Notes: generated from the letters alone by a model not told the origin. Counted from the stretch's first letter, positions 21,151 through 30,827 are shown. The stretch is 54,082 nt of DNA from Clostridiales bacterium (GCA_030445805.1 JASUTA010000001.1:1-54082), one strand, 5' to 3'. Translations and numbers: made by a program.

Positions 21151-21216
21151 ATCCGACGTAAAATTTGTGTAAAATCCGACGTTTATGGAAAAAAATCCGT
21201 TAAAACTTACTATAAT
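21151..21216 (+). promoter_or_regulatory. Three direct AATCCG(A/T) repeats plus a TATAAT -10, upstream of ppx-ppk1-ppx
   Basis: ATCCGACGT at 21151 and 21174, ATCCGT at 21195 (23- and 21-bp spacing). TATAAT at 21211..21216 has no recognisable -35. Confidence 0.4.
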
Positions 21217-21248
21217 GATAGGAGACAAATACATTAAAGAGGTGTTTT

Positions 21249-22760
21249 ATGGATCACTTGTTTGCCGCAATTGACTTTGGTTCAAACGCATTGAAACTAA
21301 AAATTATTCAAATGGTCTCAGGAGAAATAGAGGTTTTGGAAGATCTCTCGGTGCCCATTCGGCTGGGTGATGAAGTGTACTTATCCGATGTGATCAAACT
21401 GGACACCGTGAAAAAAGCCGTTGATATCTTGCTTCATTTTAAACGCATTATGGATGATTATGGTGTGAAAATTTATAAAGCGATGGCGACCAGTGCGCTC
21501 AGAGACGCTGAAAACTCAAAGAGCATCATTGAGATTATAAGGATGAAGACCGGATTTGAAATAGAGGTTGTCGAGGATACCGTCGAGAAATTCTTGACCT
21601 ATAAATCCATGCGTGATCGCATACCGAACTACAAAGAGGTACGTAAAAGTGCCGTTTTAGTTGAAGTCAATACAGGTGGATTTGACGTCAGCCTGTACAG
21701 TCAAAACAAACTTGTCAAAAACGATGAAATCAAACTGGGCATTAAAGAACTGAAATACATCCTGATGGATTTGGAGAAACGGACGACGAATTATCCGAAT
21801 GTCTTAAAAGAGTTGATTCAAACCCGGACATCGCATCTGTTCCCCTTTATTACCATTCGCAGACCCAATCATTTTCTGGCGGTCGGCGGTGAAGTAAAAA
21901 CCATTCGAGAGGTTATTTTTGACGGCAAAAGCATTGTTCACATGGCGGAATTTAAAGAGACCTGCGAGCGTGCCAAACGAAATGACTATGATCTTAGGCG
22001 GCGAATTGAACGGCGCGGTTCTAACTGGTATGAATTTTTGGCGACGATGCTGGTGTACGATGTTTTTACCGACCTTGTAAAATGTGAGACTTTGCTCATC
22101 CCGGATATCTCACTGCGAGACGGCATTTTAGCGGAGCTGACGGAACAACGGTTTGAACTGACAAAATATCGCGACTTTAACAACGACATTTATACGCTGA
22201 CCGGGGAAATCAGCAAGCGCTATAAGAGCAGCGAACCCCATGTCAAGTACCTTGAGCGCACATCCTTGCAATTTCTCAGAGCGCTTAAAGACTATTATGG
22301 GTTTCACGAGCGCGATTTTCTGCTCTTAAGGCTGGCGGCCAATCTTCATGAGATAGGGAAGTTTACGCGCATTCGGGATTATTTGGACACCACTTACGAA
22401 AAGATCAGCAATCTGGATATTTTCGGACTTGAGCATAAAGAGACGCTCTTAATTGCCCACGTTTGCCGGCTCATTTCCTCTTCCGAGAGAAAACATTATA
22501 CGTCCGACCTGAGAGACCTCAGTGATGACGAACAGATTCGCGTTTATAAACTCGCGGCCATTCTTTCAGTTGCGGATGCGCTGGATAAGGGTAAAAAGCA
22601 GAAAATCAGAATTCGAAAATTAGAGGTCACGGAAGATGCATTCCTCATTTTTGTCACTCGGAAAGAAGATGCCGTTTTAGAGGAGTGGAGTTTTCGGTTT
22701 ACCGTTGAAAATTTTGAAAATACATTTGGCATTCGGCCGGAATTGAGGGATTTTGAATGA
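21249..22760 (+). CDS. ppx: Ppx/GppA-family phosphatase (exopolyphosphatase paralog 1)
   Basis: 503 aa. N-terminal AIDFGSNALKL actin-like ATPase fold and C-terminal HD-like region (LHEIGK). Confidence 0.85.
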   Translation: MDHLFAAIDFGSNALKLKIIQMVSGEIEVLEDLSVPIRLGDEVYLSDVIKLDTVKKAVDILLHFKRIMDDYGVKIYKAMATSALRDAENSKSIIEIIRMKTGFEIEVVEDTVEKFLTYKSMRDRIPNYKEVRKSAVLVEVNTGGFDVSLYSQNKLVKNDEIKLGIKELKYILMDLEKRTTNYPNVLKELIQTRTSHLFPFITIRRPNHFLAVGGEVKTIREVIFDGKSIVHMAEFKETCERAKRNDYDLRRRIERRGSNWYEFLATMLVYDVFTDLVKCETLLIPDISLRDGILAELTEQRFELTKYRDFNNDIYTLTGEISKRYKSSEPHVKYLERTSLQFLRALKDYYGFHERDFLLLRLAANLHEIGKFTRIRDYLDTTYEKISNLDIFGLEHKETLLIAHVCRLISSSERKHYTSDLRDLSDDEQIRVYKLAAILSVADALDKGKKQKIRIRKLEVTEDAFLIFVTRKEDAVLEEWSFRFTVENFENTFGIRPELRDFE

Positions 22761-24796
22761 AAGTAATCAACAGGGAATTGAGCTGGCTGGAATTTAATTA
22801 TCGCGTCTTGATGGAAGCGGGGGACGAGAACAGCCCATTGCTGGAACGTGCAAAATTCAGCGCAATTTTTTCATCGAATTTGGACGAATTCTTCATGGTG
22901 CGCGTTGCCGCCATTAAAAATCAAATCAGTTCGGGATATGACGAAATCGATCGCTCCGGTTATACGGCAGGTGCGAAACTGGATGCCATTCACGAACGCG
23001 TCAGGACGCTGGTGACGCTGCAACACGATATGACAGAAAAGCTTTTGGGACAGTTGGAATCGGAAAATGTCCGTATTGTCCGAACAGAATACTTATCGAA
23101 ATCCGAGCGGGAAGGGCTTGAAAAACGGTTTAATTTAGAAATTTTTCCGGTACTTACACCGATGGCCGTCGATTATTCCAGACGGTTTCCGCTCGTAGCC
23201 AACAAGGCGCTTTATCTTGCGGTAAAACTCATCATCGGATTTGAGTCAAAACTCGCCATTGTTCAAGTGCCGACCGTGCTTCCGAGATTGGTCAAGATCA
23301 ATAAAAAGGGCGCCATATATGACTACGCTCTGCTTGAGGACGTCATTGAAATGTTTATCGACCGACTTTTTCCTGGAACGCAGGTGGTGGCAACCGGTCT
23401 TTTCAGAGTGACGCGAAACGGAGACCTCAACATTGTAGAGGACGAAGCAGAAGATTTGCTCATGGTCATTGAGGAAGCTGTAAAGCTTAGAAAATGGGGC
23501 GAAACCGTACGACTTGAAATTAGCTCCGGAACGGATGCCTGGCTCAAAGAAGTTTTGAAAAATGCGCTGAAGTTGGAAGAACAGCAGGTCTATGAAGTCA
23601 ACGGGATCATGGATTTGACGGTTCTCATGCAGCTTAAAGGCCCGAAGCAACTCAGCCGACAAGCGTATAAACCTAAGTATTTGCCTTTTATGGATAAAAA
23701 GGCTCTCTATAAAAATATTCGAGAAGGCGATCTCTTCGTCCACCACCCTTATGAATCGTTTGATCCGGTAGTGGATTTTGTCAAACAGGCGAGCAAGGAT
23801 CCGAATGTCCTTGCAATCAAGCAGACCCTTTATCGCGTGAGCGGGGATTCACAGATTGTAAAAGCGCTTTTTGATGCCGCGGAGCGCGGAAAGCAAGTAA
23901 CTGTCCTGGTTGAATTGATGGCGCGGTTTGATGAAGAAAACAACATCAACTGGGCAAAAAAATTAGAGCAGAAAGGCGTGCACGTCATCTATGGTATTTT
24001 GGGGCTTAAAACGCACTCTAAAATCACATTGGTGGTTCGCCGTGAAAAAAATAAAATCAGGCGCTATTTACACCTCGGAACCGGAAATTACAACGACCAG
24101 ACGGCAAAGCTTTATACGGACATGGGTATTTTCACCGTAAATGAACGCTTCGGTGCCGATGCATCCGTCTTTTTCAATATGATTTCGGGATTTACCAATG
24201 CGGTTCAGACCACGGCGCTCGTCGTCGCTCCGTTTATGTTGAGGCAACGCCTCTATGACCTCATAGACAATGAAATCGCACAGGCAAAAGCGGGAAATAA
24301 AGCCGAGATAGTTGCAAAAATGAATGCATTATTGGATAATGGTGTTATTGAAAGACTTTACGAAGCCTCAAGAGCCGGCGTGAAAATCAAGCTGATTGTC
24401 AGGGGAATCTGTGCACTCATCCCAGGATTGAGCGGCATGAGCGAGAACATTGAAGTCATCAGTATCGTCGGAGAATTTTTGGAACACAGCCGCATTTATT
24501 ATTTTAAAAACGGTGGTATGTTTTTAGCCAGTGCGGACTGGATGCCGAGAAATCTGAGCAGGCGCGTTGAGCTGATGTTCCCCGTGGAAGACCCGTCGAT
24601 TATAGATCGGCTGAAAGCGACTTTGACGTTGTATCTTAAAGACAACGTCAAGGCTTGGCATATGGAAAGCGACGGCAGTTATTTTAAACCCGAGTTAAAG
24701 GAAGGTGCAAAGCGCATTCACGCCCAGCAAATTCTCAAAGAACTCGAATACACCGGCAACAAGACGTTTATTGAACAATTAAAAGAAAGAATGTGA
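22757..24796 (+). CDS. ppk1: Polyphosphate kinase 1
   Basis: 679 aa with NRELSWLEFNYRVL at the N-terminus and two PLD-like domains (HSKITLV). Its ATG overlaps the ppx stop. Confidence 0.93.
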   Translation: MKVINRELSWLEFNYRVLMEAGDENSPLLERAKFSAIFSSNLDEFFMVRVAAIKNQISSGYDEIDRSGYTAGAKLDAIHERVRTLVTLQHDMTEKLLGQLESENVRIVRTEYLSKSEREGLEKRFNLEIFPVLTPMAVDYSRRFPLVANKALYLAVKLIIGFESKLAIVQVPTVLPRLVKINKKGAIYDYALLEDVIEMFIDRLFPGTQVVATGLFRVTRNGDLNIVEDEAEDLLMVIEEAVKLRKWGETVRLEISSGTDAWLKEVLKNALKLEEQQVYEVNGIMDLTVLMQLKGPKQLSRQAYKPKYLPFMDKKALYKNIREGDLFVHHPYESFDPVVDFVKQASKDPNVLAIKQTLYRVSGDSQIVKALFDAAERGKQVTVLVELMARFDEENNINWAKKLEQKGVHVIYGILGLKTHSKITLVVRREKNKIRRYLHLGTGNYNDQTAKLYTDMGIFTVNERFGADASVFFNMISGFTNAVQTTALVVAPFMLRQRLYDLIDNEIAQAKAGNKAEIVAKMNALLDNGVIERLYEASRAGVKIKLIVRGICALIPGLSGMSENIEVISIVGEFLEHSRIYYFKNGGMFLASADWMPRNLSRRVELMFPVEDPSIIDRLKATLTLYLKDNVKAWHMESDGSYFKPELKEGAKRIHAQQILKELEYTGNKTFIEQLKERM

Positions 24797-24800
24797 CCGT

Positions 24801-26333
24801 TTGAAAAAATCTTTGGCCATCATTGACCTCGGTTCCAACTCCATACGAATGAATATGATCAATGTTCGAGAAAACGGTGGGTACAGCATTTACGATCAAG
24901 CCAGCGAAATGGTTCGCCTGAGCGAGGGCATGAGCGAAAACAAGATGCTTCAACCCGTACCGATTCAGCGAACCATCAAAGCACTCGAGTATTTTAAACA
25001 GCTTTTGGATGTCAACGGCGTGACGGAAGTGCACGCTTTGGCCACAGCGGCGGTCAGAAATGCGGCCAATCAAGAGCTTTTTTTGGAGCGCATTGCATTT
25101 GAAACCGGCTTTCAGTTCCGCGTACTCTCCGGAGATGAAGAAGCGTACTACGACTTTTTGGGGGTCGTCAATTCCATTGAACTCGAAGACGCCCTGATTA
25201 TGGACATCGGCGGCGGGAGTACGGAGTTAATCTGGATGAAAAACCGCCGATTGAAACGCGCGGTGAGTATTCCCTTCGGGTCGGTGACTTTGACAGAACG
25301 GTTTCAGGATATAAAGCCGCGCAAAAAGCGCATTGAAGCGGCTAAAAAATATTTTAATGCCCTGCTGGATGCTTTTGACTGGATCGGGAAGGTGGAGGGC
25401 GTTCGCATCGTCGGTTTGGGCGGAGTTCTCAGAACGCTTGCCAAGATTGATCGCGCCGAGAATGGCCATTCCATAGAAAACATGCACAACTACCGAATTC
25501 AGCGCCCGGATATGGAGCGCATTTGTGCGCGCATTCTGGATGCGGAAGACGGAACGCTGGATAAAATTCCGGGGATCAGTAAAAAACGTGCCGATATTAT
25601 GACCATGGGGATTATCCCATTTTTGGTAGCAATGGAGCGCGTTCGTCCGCCTGAAATTCGAATCAGTGGCAACGGTCTCAGAGACGGCTATTTTTTTGAG
25701 ACCCATTTTTCCGAAAACCGAATGCCGCTTGTCGTGGAGAATGTCCTGGTTCACAGCAAGGAAAATATGATGCGGCGGTATACGTTTAACGAGCGACATG
25801 CGCGACATATCAAAAAATTGTCCCTCGAAATTTTTGACGGTCTTTCTACCGCAGGGTTTGAATTTCAGCTGGCCGATCGCAAGATTTTGAGTACGGCGGC
25901 CCTGCTTCACGACATCGGAACACACATCGAATATTACGATCATCATATACACGGATTTTATCTCATTTTGAACGGGCGGCTTGAAGGGCTTACCAACGGA
26001 GAACGCATTTCCGTTGCCTATCTTGTGGGAAGCCACCGGGAAGCCAGCATCAAAAACCGAATGATTGAATTTGAAAGCATTGTCAACCGTGAGGAAATTC
26101 AGCGCCTGGGCTGTCTGACGATTTTGCTTAGGCTCGCCGAACAACTGGATCGCGCGGAAAACGGTGTCGTCGAACAGATCTCGGTGCGCATCGAACCGGA
26201 TGCGGTGGTATTTTTGCTTCATGCAAAGCAGTTTCCCGAACTGGAAGTCAATTCGGCACAGCGGTTTGCAGATCGGTTTGAAAAACAGTACGGCAAGAAG
26301 TTAAAGTTTTTACACGTGACACAAGCGGAGTGA
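24801..26333 (+). CDS. ppx: Ppx/GppA-family phosphatase (exopolyphosphatase paralog 2)
   Basis: 510 aa with IIDLGSNSIRM and LHDIGTHI. TTG start 5 nt after the ppk1 stop. Confidence 0.85.
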   Translation: MKKSLAIIDLGSNSIRMNMINVRENGGYSIYDQASEMVRLSEGMSENKMLQPVPIQRTIKALEYFKQLLDVNGVTEVHALATAAVRNAANQELFLERIAFETGFQFRVLSGDEEAYYDFLGVVNSIELEDALIMDIGGGSTELIWMKNRRLKRAVSIPFGSVTLTERFQDIKPRKKRIEAAKKYFNALLDAFDWIGKVEGVRIVGLGGVLRTLAKIDRAENGHSIENMHNYRIQRPDMERICARILDAEDGTLDKIPGISKKRADIMTMGIIPFLVAMERVRPPEIRISGNGLRDGYFFETHFSENRMPLVVENVLVHSKENMMRRYTFNERHARHIKKLSLEIFDGLSTAGFEFQLADRKILSTAALLHDIGTHIEYYDHHIHGFYLILNGRLEGLTNGERISVAYLVGSHREASIKNRMIEFESIVNREEIQRLGCLTILLRLAEQLDRAENGVVEQISVRIEPDAVVFLLHAKQFPELEVNSAQRFADRFEKQYGKKLKFLHVTQAE

Positions 26334-26363
26334 GCTTACAAAAAAGCATTCCACGGGAAAGAG

Positions 26364-26405
26364 ATGCCCTATCCCCCTTTGGCGGTAGGGCATTCGTCGT
26401 CTTTT
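26364..26405 (+). terminator. Possible terminator after ppx paralog 2
   Basis: ATGCCCTA / TAGGGCAT stem with a 14-nt loop. The T-run (CTTTT) is displaced by 7 nt, so the signal is weak. Confidence 0.35.
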
Positions 26406-26457
26406 CCGATTGAAGATTCTGTGCTATACTGACAGTGCTCTAAAACGGAGGAAGCAA

Positions 26458-27174
26458 ATGAGAATTAATAAATATTTAAGTGAAATGGGCGTTTGCTCCA
26501 GAAGGGAAGCCGATCGACTGATTGAATCCGGAGAAGTGACGGTCAATGGCGTGACGGCTTCACTGGGAGACCAAGTGGAACCGAAAGATGTCGTTGCCGT
26601 ATCGGGAAAACGCGTCGGGGGTGTACCCGAAAAAATTGTATTGGCACTGAACAAGCCGATTGGCATTGAATGCACTACCAGTGAGACGGTCAAAGACAAC
26701 GTCATTGCGTTTGTCAATTATCCGGAGCGGTTGTTCACCATCGGGCGCTTGGATAAAAATTCGGAGGGGCTACTCCTTTTGACCAACGACGGTGAACTTG
26801 CCAATGCTATTGCAAAAGCCCGCAATTATCATGAAAAAGAATATGTGGTCTCGGTTAAACAACCGATTACGAAAGCATTCCTGACAGCAATGGCGTCAGG
26901 GGTTTCTATTCTCGACCTCAATACAGTTACGCGTCCGTGTGAAGTCACTCAGACCGGGAAGCGAACTTTTAAAATTGTTTTGACGCAGGGGCTGAACCGA
27001 CAGATTCGGCGGATGTGTGCCGCGCTCGGGTACGATGTGGTTAATTTGAAGCGTATTCGGGTATTAAATATACAAATAGGAACCCTCGAAACCGGGAAGT
27101 GGCGATTGTTATCACCGGATGAAGTGCGGGTGCTCAGGGAAATGACCGGTGCAAATGGGGGCGAAGAAAGCTAA
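26458..27174 (+). CDS. rluF: 23S rRNA pseudouridine synthase RluF (RsuA family with an S4 domain)
   Basis: Near-colinear with E. coli RluF as I remember it: INKYLSEMGVCSRREADRLIE, GRLDKNSEGLLLLTNDG, GLNRQIRRMC. ATG at 26458 follows GGAGGAAG. Confidence 0.88.
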   Translation: MRINKYLSEMGVCSRREADRLIESGEVTVNGVTASLGDQVEPKDVVAVSGKRVGGVPEKIVLALNKPIGIECTTSETVKDNVIAFVNYPERLFTIGRLDKNSEGLLLLTNDGELANAIAKARNYHEKEYVVSVKQPITKAFLTAMASGVSILDLNTVTRPCEVTQTGKRTFKIVLTQGLNRQIRRMCAALGYDVVNLKRIRVLNIQIGTLETGKWRLLSPDEVRVLREMTGANGGEES

Positions 27175-27218
27175 AGCAGTTTCGGCATTTTGCCGATATT
27201 CATAAAGAGGTGTCCGAG

Positions 27219-27581
27219 ATGATTTTTAACATTTTTATTTCCGCATTTGCGACGCTGCTGATCTACTTGTCAGTGGATTTTTATAAAAACTTCAAACAGT
27301 TTCTGATTTTCAAACGCGTTCGGGAGGCCATTTTGTCCTCGACATTTTATTACCTTCAACGGACGCCGAATCACTTTGTTGATTTGAATCACCTGAAACA
27401 GGCTCAATTGGAAAAGTTGACGGAAATAAAGCTCTCAGAGTGGGTTCAGGACATCAAAATCACATGGAAATCCGTTGATGTCATCCAGTTTGTCTTTGAG
27501 CTCAAATTTGAGCGATTGAAGCCGCGCTACAAATTTGTCATTGGACTTAAGGATGTCGAAGACATGGTAAAGAGGATGTGA
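27219..27581 (+). CDS. Hypothetical small membrane-anchored protein
   Basis: 120 aa with one N-terminal TM helix (IFNIFISAFATLLIYLSV). ATG at 27219 is 6 nt after AAGAGGTG. I recognise no family. Confidence 0.5.
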   Translation: MIFNIFISAFATLLIYLSVDFYKNFKQFLIFKRVREAILSSTFYYLQRTPNHFVDLNHLKQAQLEKLTEIKLSEWVQDIKITWKSVDVIQFVFELKFERLKPRYKFVIGLKDVEDMVKRM

Positions 27582-27585
27582 CTTC

Positions 27586-28335
27586 ATGAAAAAAGTGTTT
27601 ATCGTCGTTTTATTTATCATTACGAGTTACTTCATTCTAAGTATTGCTTTTCATCAGACGCAGGAGAATCCGATTACAACATACCGTTTTGATTTTGACG
27701 ACATAGACAGAGAGTTTTGGCTCGTCGGCGGGTGGGAATCCCTTGAACGCGACTATGACCTCGTTTCTTTGAACGGCGGTATTTTGACGCTTTCTGCGGA
27801 TACATCGGGTATCAATCCATACTTGCTGTCAAAACCACTTGAAATTAAGGACGGGGATGTCATCACTATGAAACGCCGCGTGCGCATTCAGCACGGCCCC
27901 GGAACATTTTCAGGCGGAACGGCACTCTATCAGACCGACGATATGGACCTCATTCCTTCGCCGACTGACGGACGCTGGACGGGCGGATTCGGAGACGGCA
28001 TTTTGCTGGTTGAATACTCTTACGATTTGATTTATCAGCAGGATCGACCGGGCAGAGATGTTTTTCGGTTCTTGGCAGCCGACTGGGATTACAACGACAA
28101 TTATCAGTTGATTACGCCGGTCTATGACACATGGGTGGAAGAAACGATCATATTTGATACGCGATCCAGCCAGATGACCTACATACTCGGGGACAAATCC
28201 TATGTCCTCAGCAGTTACAATCTGGACAGAAGCGCCCTTCGGTTTTGGATGCACGCTTACGGAACGGGAACCGGCAATAAAATTGATATCGACTATATTG
28301 AAATTACGATAGAAAATAAAAAATATCGACGCTGA
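27586..28335 (+). CDS. Hypothetical signal-anchored extracytoplasmic protein, probably a beta-sandwich (lectin/glucanase-like) fold
   Basis: 249 aa. N-terminal anchor MKKVFIVVLFIITSYFILSIAF, and the rest is rich in beta-strand-like segments ending IDIDYIEITIE. It starts 4 nt after the previous ORF. Confidence 0.55.
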   Translation: MKKVFIVVLFIITSYFILSIAFHQTQENPITTYRFDFDDIDREFWLVGGWESLERDYDLVSLNGGILTLSADTSGINPYLLSKPLEIKDGDVITMKRRVRIQHGPGTFSGGTALYQTDDMDLIPSPTDGRWTGGFGDGILLVEYSYDLIYQQDRPGRDVFRFLAADWDYNDNYQLITPVYDTWVEETIIFDTRSSQMTYILGDKSYVLSSYNLDRSALRFWMHAYGTGTGNKIDIDYIEITIENKKYRR

Positions 28336-28380
28336 ATCGGCGCCGGTATTTTTTTAACCGATGAGCGGGGAGATAAAATC

Positions 28381-28923
28381 ATGCAGGAAAAGGAATCGAC
28401 ATTCGATTCGGAATCATACGAAAAAATGCAAGAAAAATGGCGCTTAAGCGCCATGAACTTATTGAGCTATCGAATGAGAACGCGCTCAGAGCTCAGAGAA
28501 AAACTGATTGAAAAAGGGGCTCCCGAGGAAATGGCCCGGGCGATCGTAAGAGAAATGGAAGCCCTCAAATACGTGGATGATACGGTTTATGCCGAAAACT
28601 ATATTCGCGCCAAACAAAGGCGATTCGGAAAATGGCGCATTGAAACGGAACTGAAGCGAAAAGGCGTTGCCGATTCTGCAATTTCTGGGGCGTATGCCCT
28701 TCTCGAAGAAGAGCGGGAAGTTCTTTCTGAAGAGGCGGCGGCAAGTGACATCCTTAAGAGAAAAGTTGAAACGCTGTCCGTCGATCGAACGCAATACGCA
28801 GAAGATCGACTGTACCGAATGAAAATTCAGCGCAAACTTTATGCCTTTTTATCGGGCCGCGGATTTTCAGCCGAGATCATCCGCAGGGTGCTCGACCCGG
28901 ATGAGTTCTTCGATGAATCTTGA
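28381..28923 (+). CDS. recX: RecA regulator RecX
   Basis: 180 aa with repeated three-helix modules (LLSYRMRTRSELREKLIEKG, YVDDTVYAENYIRAK, GKWRIETELKRKGV). Confidence 0.85.
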   Translation: MQEKESTFDSESYEKMQEKWRLSAMNLLSYRMRTRSELREKLIEKGAPEEMARAIVREMEALKYVDDTVYAENYIRAKQRRFGKWRIETELKRKGVADSAISGAYALLEEEREVLSEEAAASDILKRKVETLSVDRTQYAEDRLYRMKIQRKLYAFLSGRGFSAEIIRRVLDPDEFFDES

Positions 28924-30750
28924 GTCACCGTTAAACGCACCGCAGACAAAATGGATGTGAAGCAGCTCGAAGCGGTGTCGAGCGCGGGTAAGGGCGACAT
29001 AAAAAAGTCGGCGCTCCTCCTCGAGGGCATCGCCGGAATCCGATCTCGGTCCCGGAAAAACGCCGGTATTGACATCAATCAAGAAAACAGAATCGAATTC
29101 AAGTCCTTTGACGCCGTGAATGGTGGAAAGCGTCAGCGGGGCATCCCCTGTGCGTTGAATAGACGTCATGGCCGTGCTGAGGACATCGATGCGTTCAATA
29201 AAATCCAGTCCGCTCTTGAGCGGTTTTGCGATGGCCTTATAAGCATCGAGGCGCGTGCGTGCAAACTGCATGGAAATGCCGAGACGCTGGGCATTGTGCT
29301 GAACGTAATCTAAATACCCGAGATCCGTTTCAATGAAATGAATGGCATCATAGGGGCGGAGCCGGGCAAGGGCTTCAAATTTATTGCGGACGGATTCCTG
29401 GGTGCGGGTTTGAAAGTCCTTGAGAAAGGGAATTTCAACGAGCACATCGAATACACTTCGACTGACCTGTGTCGTTTGGACATAGGTCAGCATTTCTTTT
29501 GAAATAAAAGCATTCATTTTATAGGCAATGCGTTCTAAGCTATCTCGGTCTTGAGGAATCATGGCCAACGTCATAAAGGCGAGAATGTCTTTCAAAATCC
29601 AATGGGACAATTCGCCGATGGGTGGATCCTTTATTTTGAATTCAATGCCGTTTTGAAGCAGGCTATCCACGACGGAGAGCGCAGACATGCGATTTCGGTA
29701 GAGAATCGCAAGAGAGGGGTCAGCGTCAGTTTCTTTCGCAACTGTCTCTTCAGGATGAATGTTTTCCTTGAGGGTTTGAAGCAGATAGGCATTGCGTGCC
29801 GTCAAATCGTCAAAATACTTCACTTCCGGCGGGATTCCGCCGGCATTGGCGGCTTTCATCGGCTTCTTAAAGCGCTTTTCATTCTCGCCGATGATGTGTT
29901 CGGCGGAACGAATCAAAGGCGCACCCGAGCGAAAGTTTTCCGATAAATAGTAAAAAGCCGCATCGGGGAATTTTTTTCCGAAGTTTAGCAGATAATCGGG
30001 ATACGCGCCTCGAAAGCCGTAAATGGACTGGTCGTCGTCCGCGACGAGAAACAGATTTTTCTCCGGGCCGATCAAGCGCTCGATCAATTCAAACTGAAGT
30101 TTAGAGGTATCCTGCGCTTCATCGACCTGAATAAAAGGATAACGGCGCTGAATGCTCTGCACCAAACGCGGATTCCCGTCGAGGAGGCGGAGCGCATAAA
30201 GGAGCATATCATCGAAATCATAGAGCCCATTTTTGCGTTTCAGACGGTGGTAATCGGAAGCGATGTCAAATATTTTGTCGAATTGAAAGCGATCGGCGCG
30301 GTAATCGGCACGCGTGAGTCTTAGATTGTAGATCAGTCCGATTTCCGCTTGAAGCGCTTCATAATCGTCTTCACTCATCGGAAGGTGGTAATGCGCGGTA
30401 TATAGATTGGAGAAAAGCGCAAAGCGTTCCTTCCCGCTTTCGAGAAGCCGCATTTGCTTGCCGGAGGCTTTGAGCCACTGCCTAAAGAGACCATAGGAGA
30501 AGCGATGAATGGTCATAAAGGCGTACGGTGATGCACCGAAAAGCGCCTCACATCGGGAGGCCATGTCTTCGGCGGATGCTTTTGAAAAAGTGAGTGTAAG
30601 GATTTGCTCTCCGCCGATACCGTGAATGTCGTTTAAAGACTGAAGCCGGTGAAGCAGTAGTGTCGTTTTTCCGCTACCCGGAATGGCCAGCGTCAGTGCG
30701 GGACCTGTATAATGATGAGAGGCAGTCAACTGCCCTTCGGTTAATTTCAT
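28867..30750 (-). CDS. Second UvrD/REP-family SF1 helicase (short form)
   Basis: 627 aa with AIPGSGKTT, VDEAQDTS, DDDQSIYGFRGA, ENFRS, TIHGVKGLEFDSVF and YVALTRARHR. Its 3' end overlaps the recX 3' end by 57 nt. Confidence 0.85.
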   Translation of the reverse strand: MKLTEGQLTASHHYTGPALTLAIPGSGKTTLLLHRLQSLNDIHGIGGEQILTLTFSKASAEDMASRCEALFGASPYAFMTIHRFSYGLFRQWLKASGKQMRLLESGKERFALFSNLYTAHYHLPMSEDDYEALQAEIGLIYNLRLTRADYRADRFQFDKIFDIASDYHRLKRKNGLYDFDDMLLYALRLLDGNPRLVQSIQRRYPFIQVDEAQDTSKLQFELIERLIGPEKNLFLVADDDQSIYGFRGAYPDYLLNFGKKFPDAAFYYLSENFRSGAPLIRSAEHIIGENEKRFKKPMKAANAGGIPPEVKYFDDLTARNAYLLQTLKENIHPEETVAKETDADPSLAILYRNRMSALSVVDSLLQNGIEFKIKDPPIGELSHWILKDILAFMTLAMIPQDRDSLERIAYKMNAFISKEMLTYVQTTQVSRSVFDVLVEIPFLKDFQTRTQESVRNKFEALARLRPYDAIHFIETDLGYLDYVQHNAQRLGISMQFARTRLDAYKAIAKPLKSGLDFIERIDVLSTAMTSIQRTGDAPLTLSTIHGVKGLEFDSVFLIDVNTGVFPGPRSDSGDALEEERRLFYVALTRARHRFELLHIHFVCGAFNGDSRFIEELIRVEHPADDLG

Positions 30751-30827
30751 GAGGACTCCAAATTTCTAGAAAATGTAAAGAGACTATGAATAGTTTATAA
30801 CATAGACATGAAATTTTCAATAAAGGG

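Noticed and set aside
28867-30750. The UvrD-like helicase as a defence component (Gabija GajB-like, Nhi-like)
   Set aside because: It has no nuclease domain or partner (no GajA-type ATPase/Toprim). It sits beside tig-clpP-clpX-lon, an arrangement I recall from other Clostridia, so a housekeeping role is more likely.
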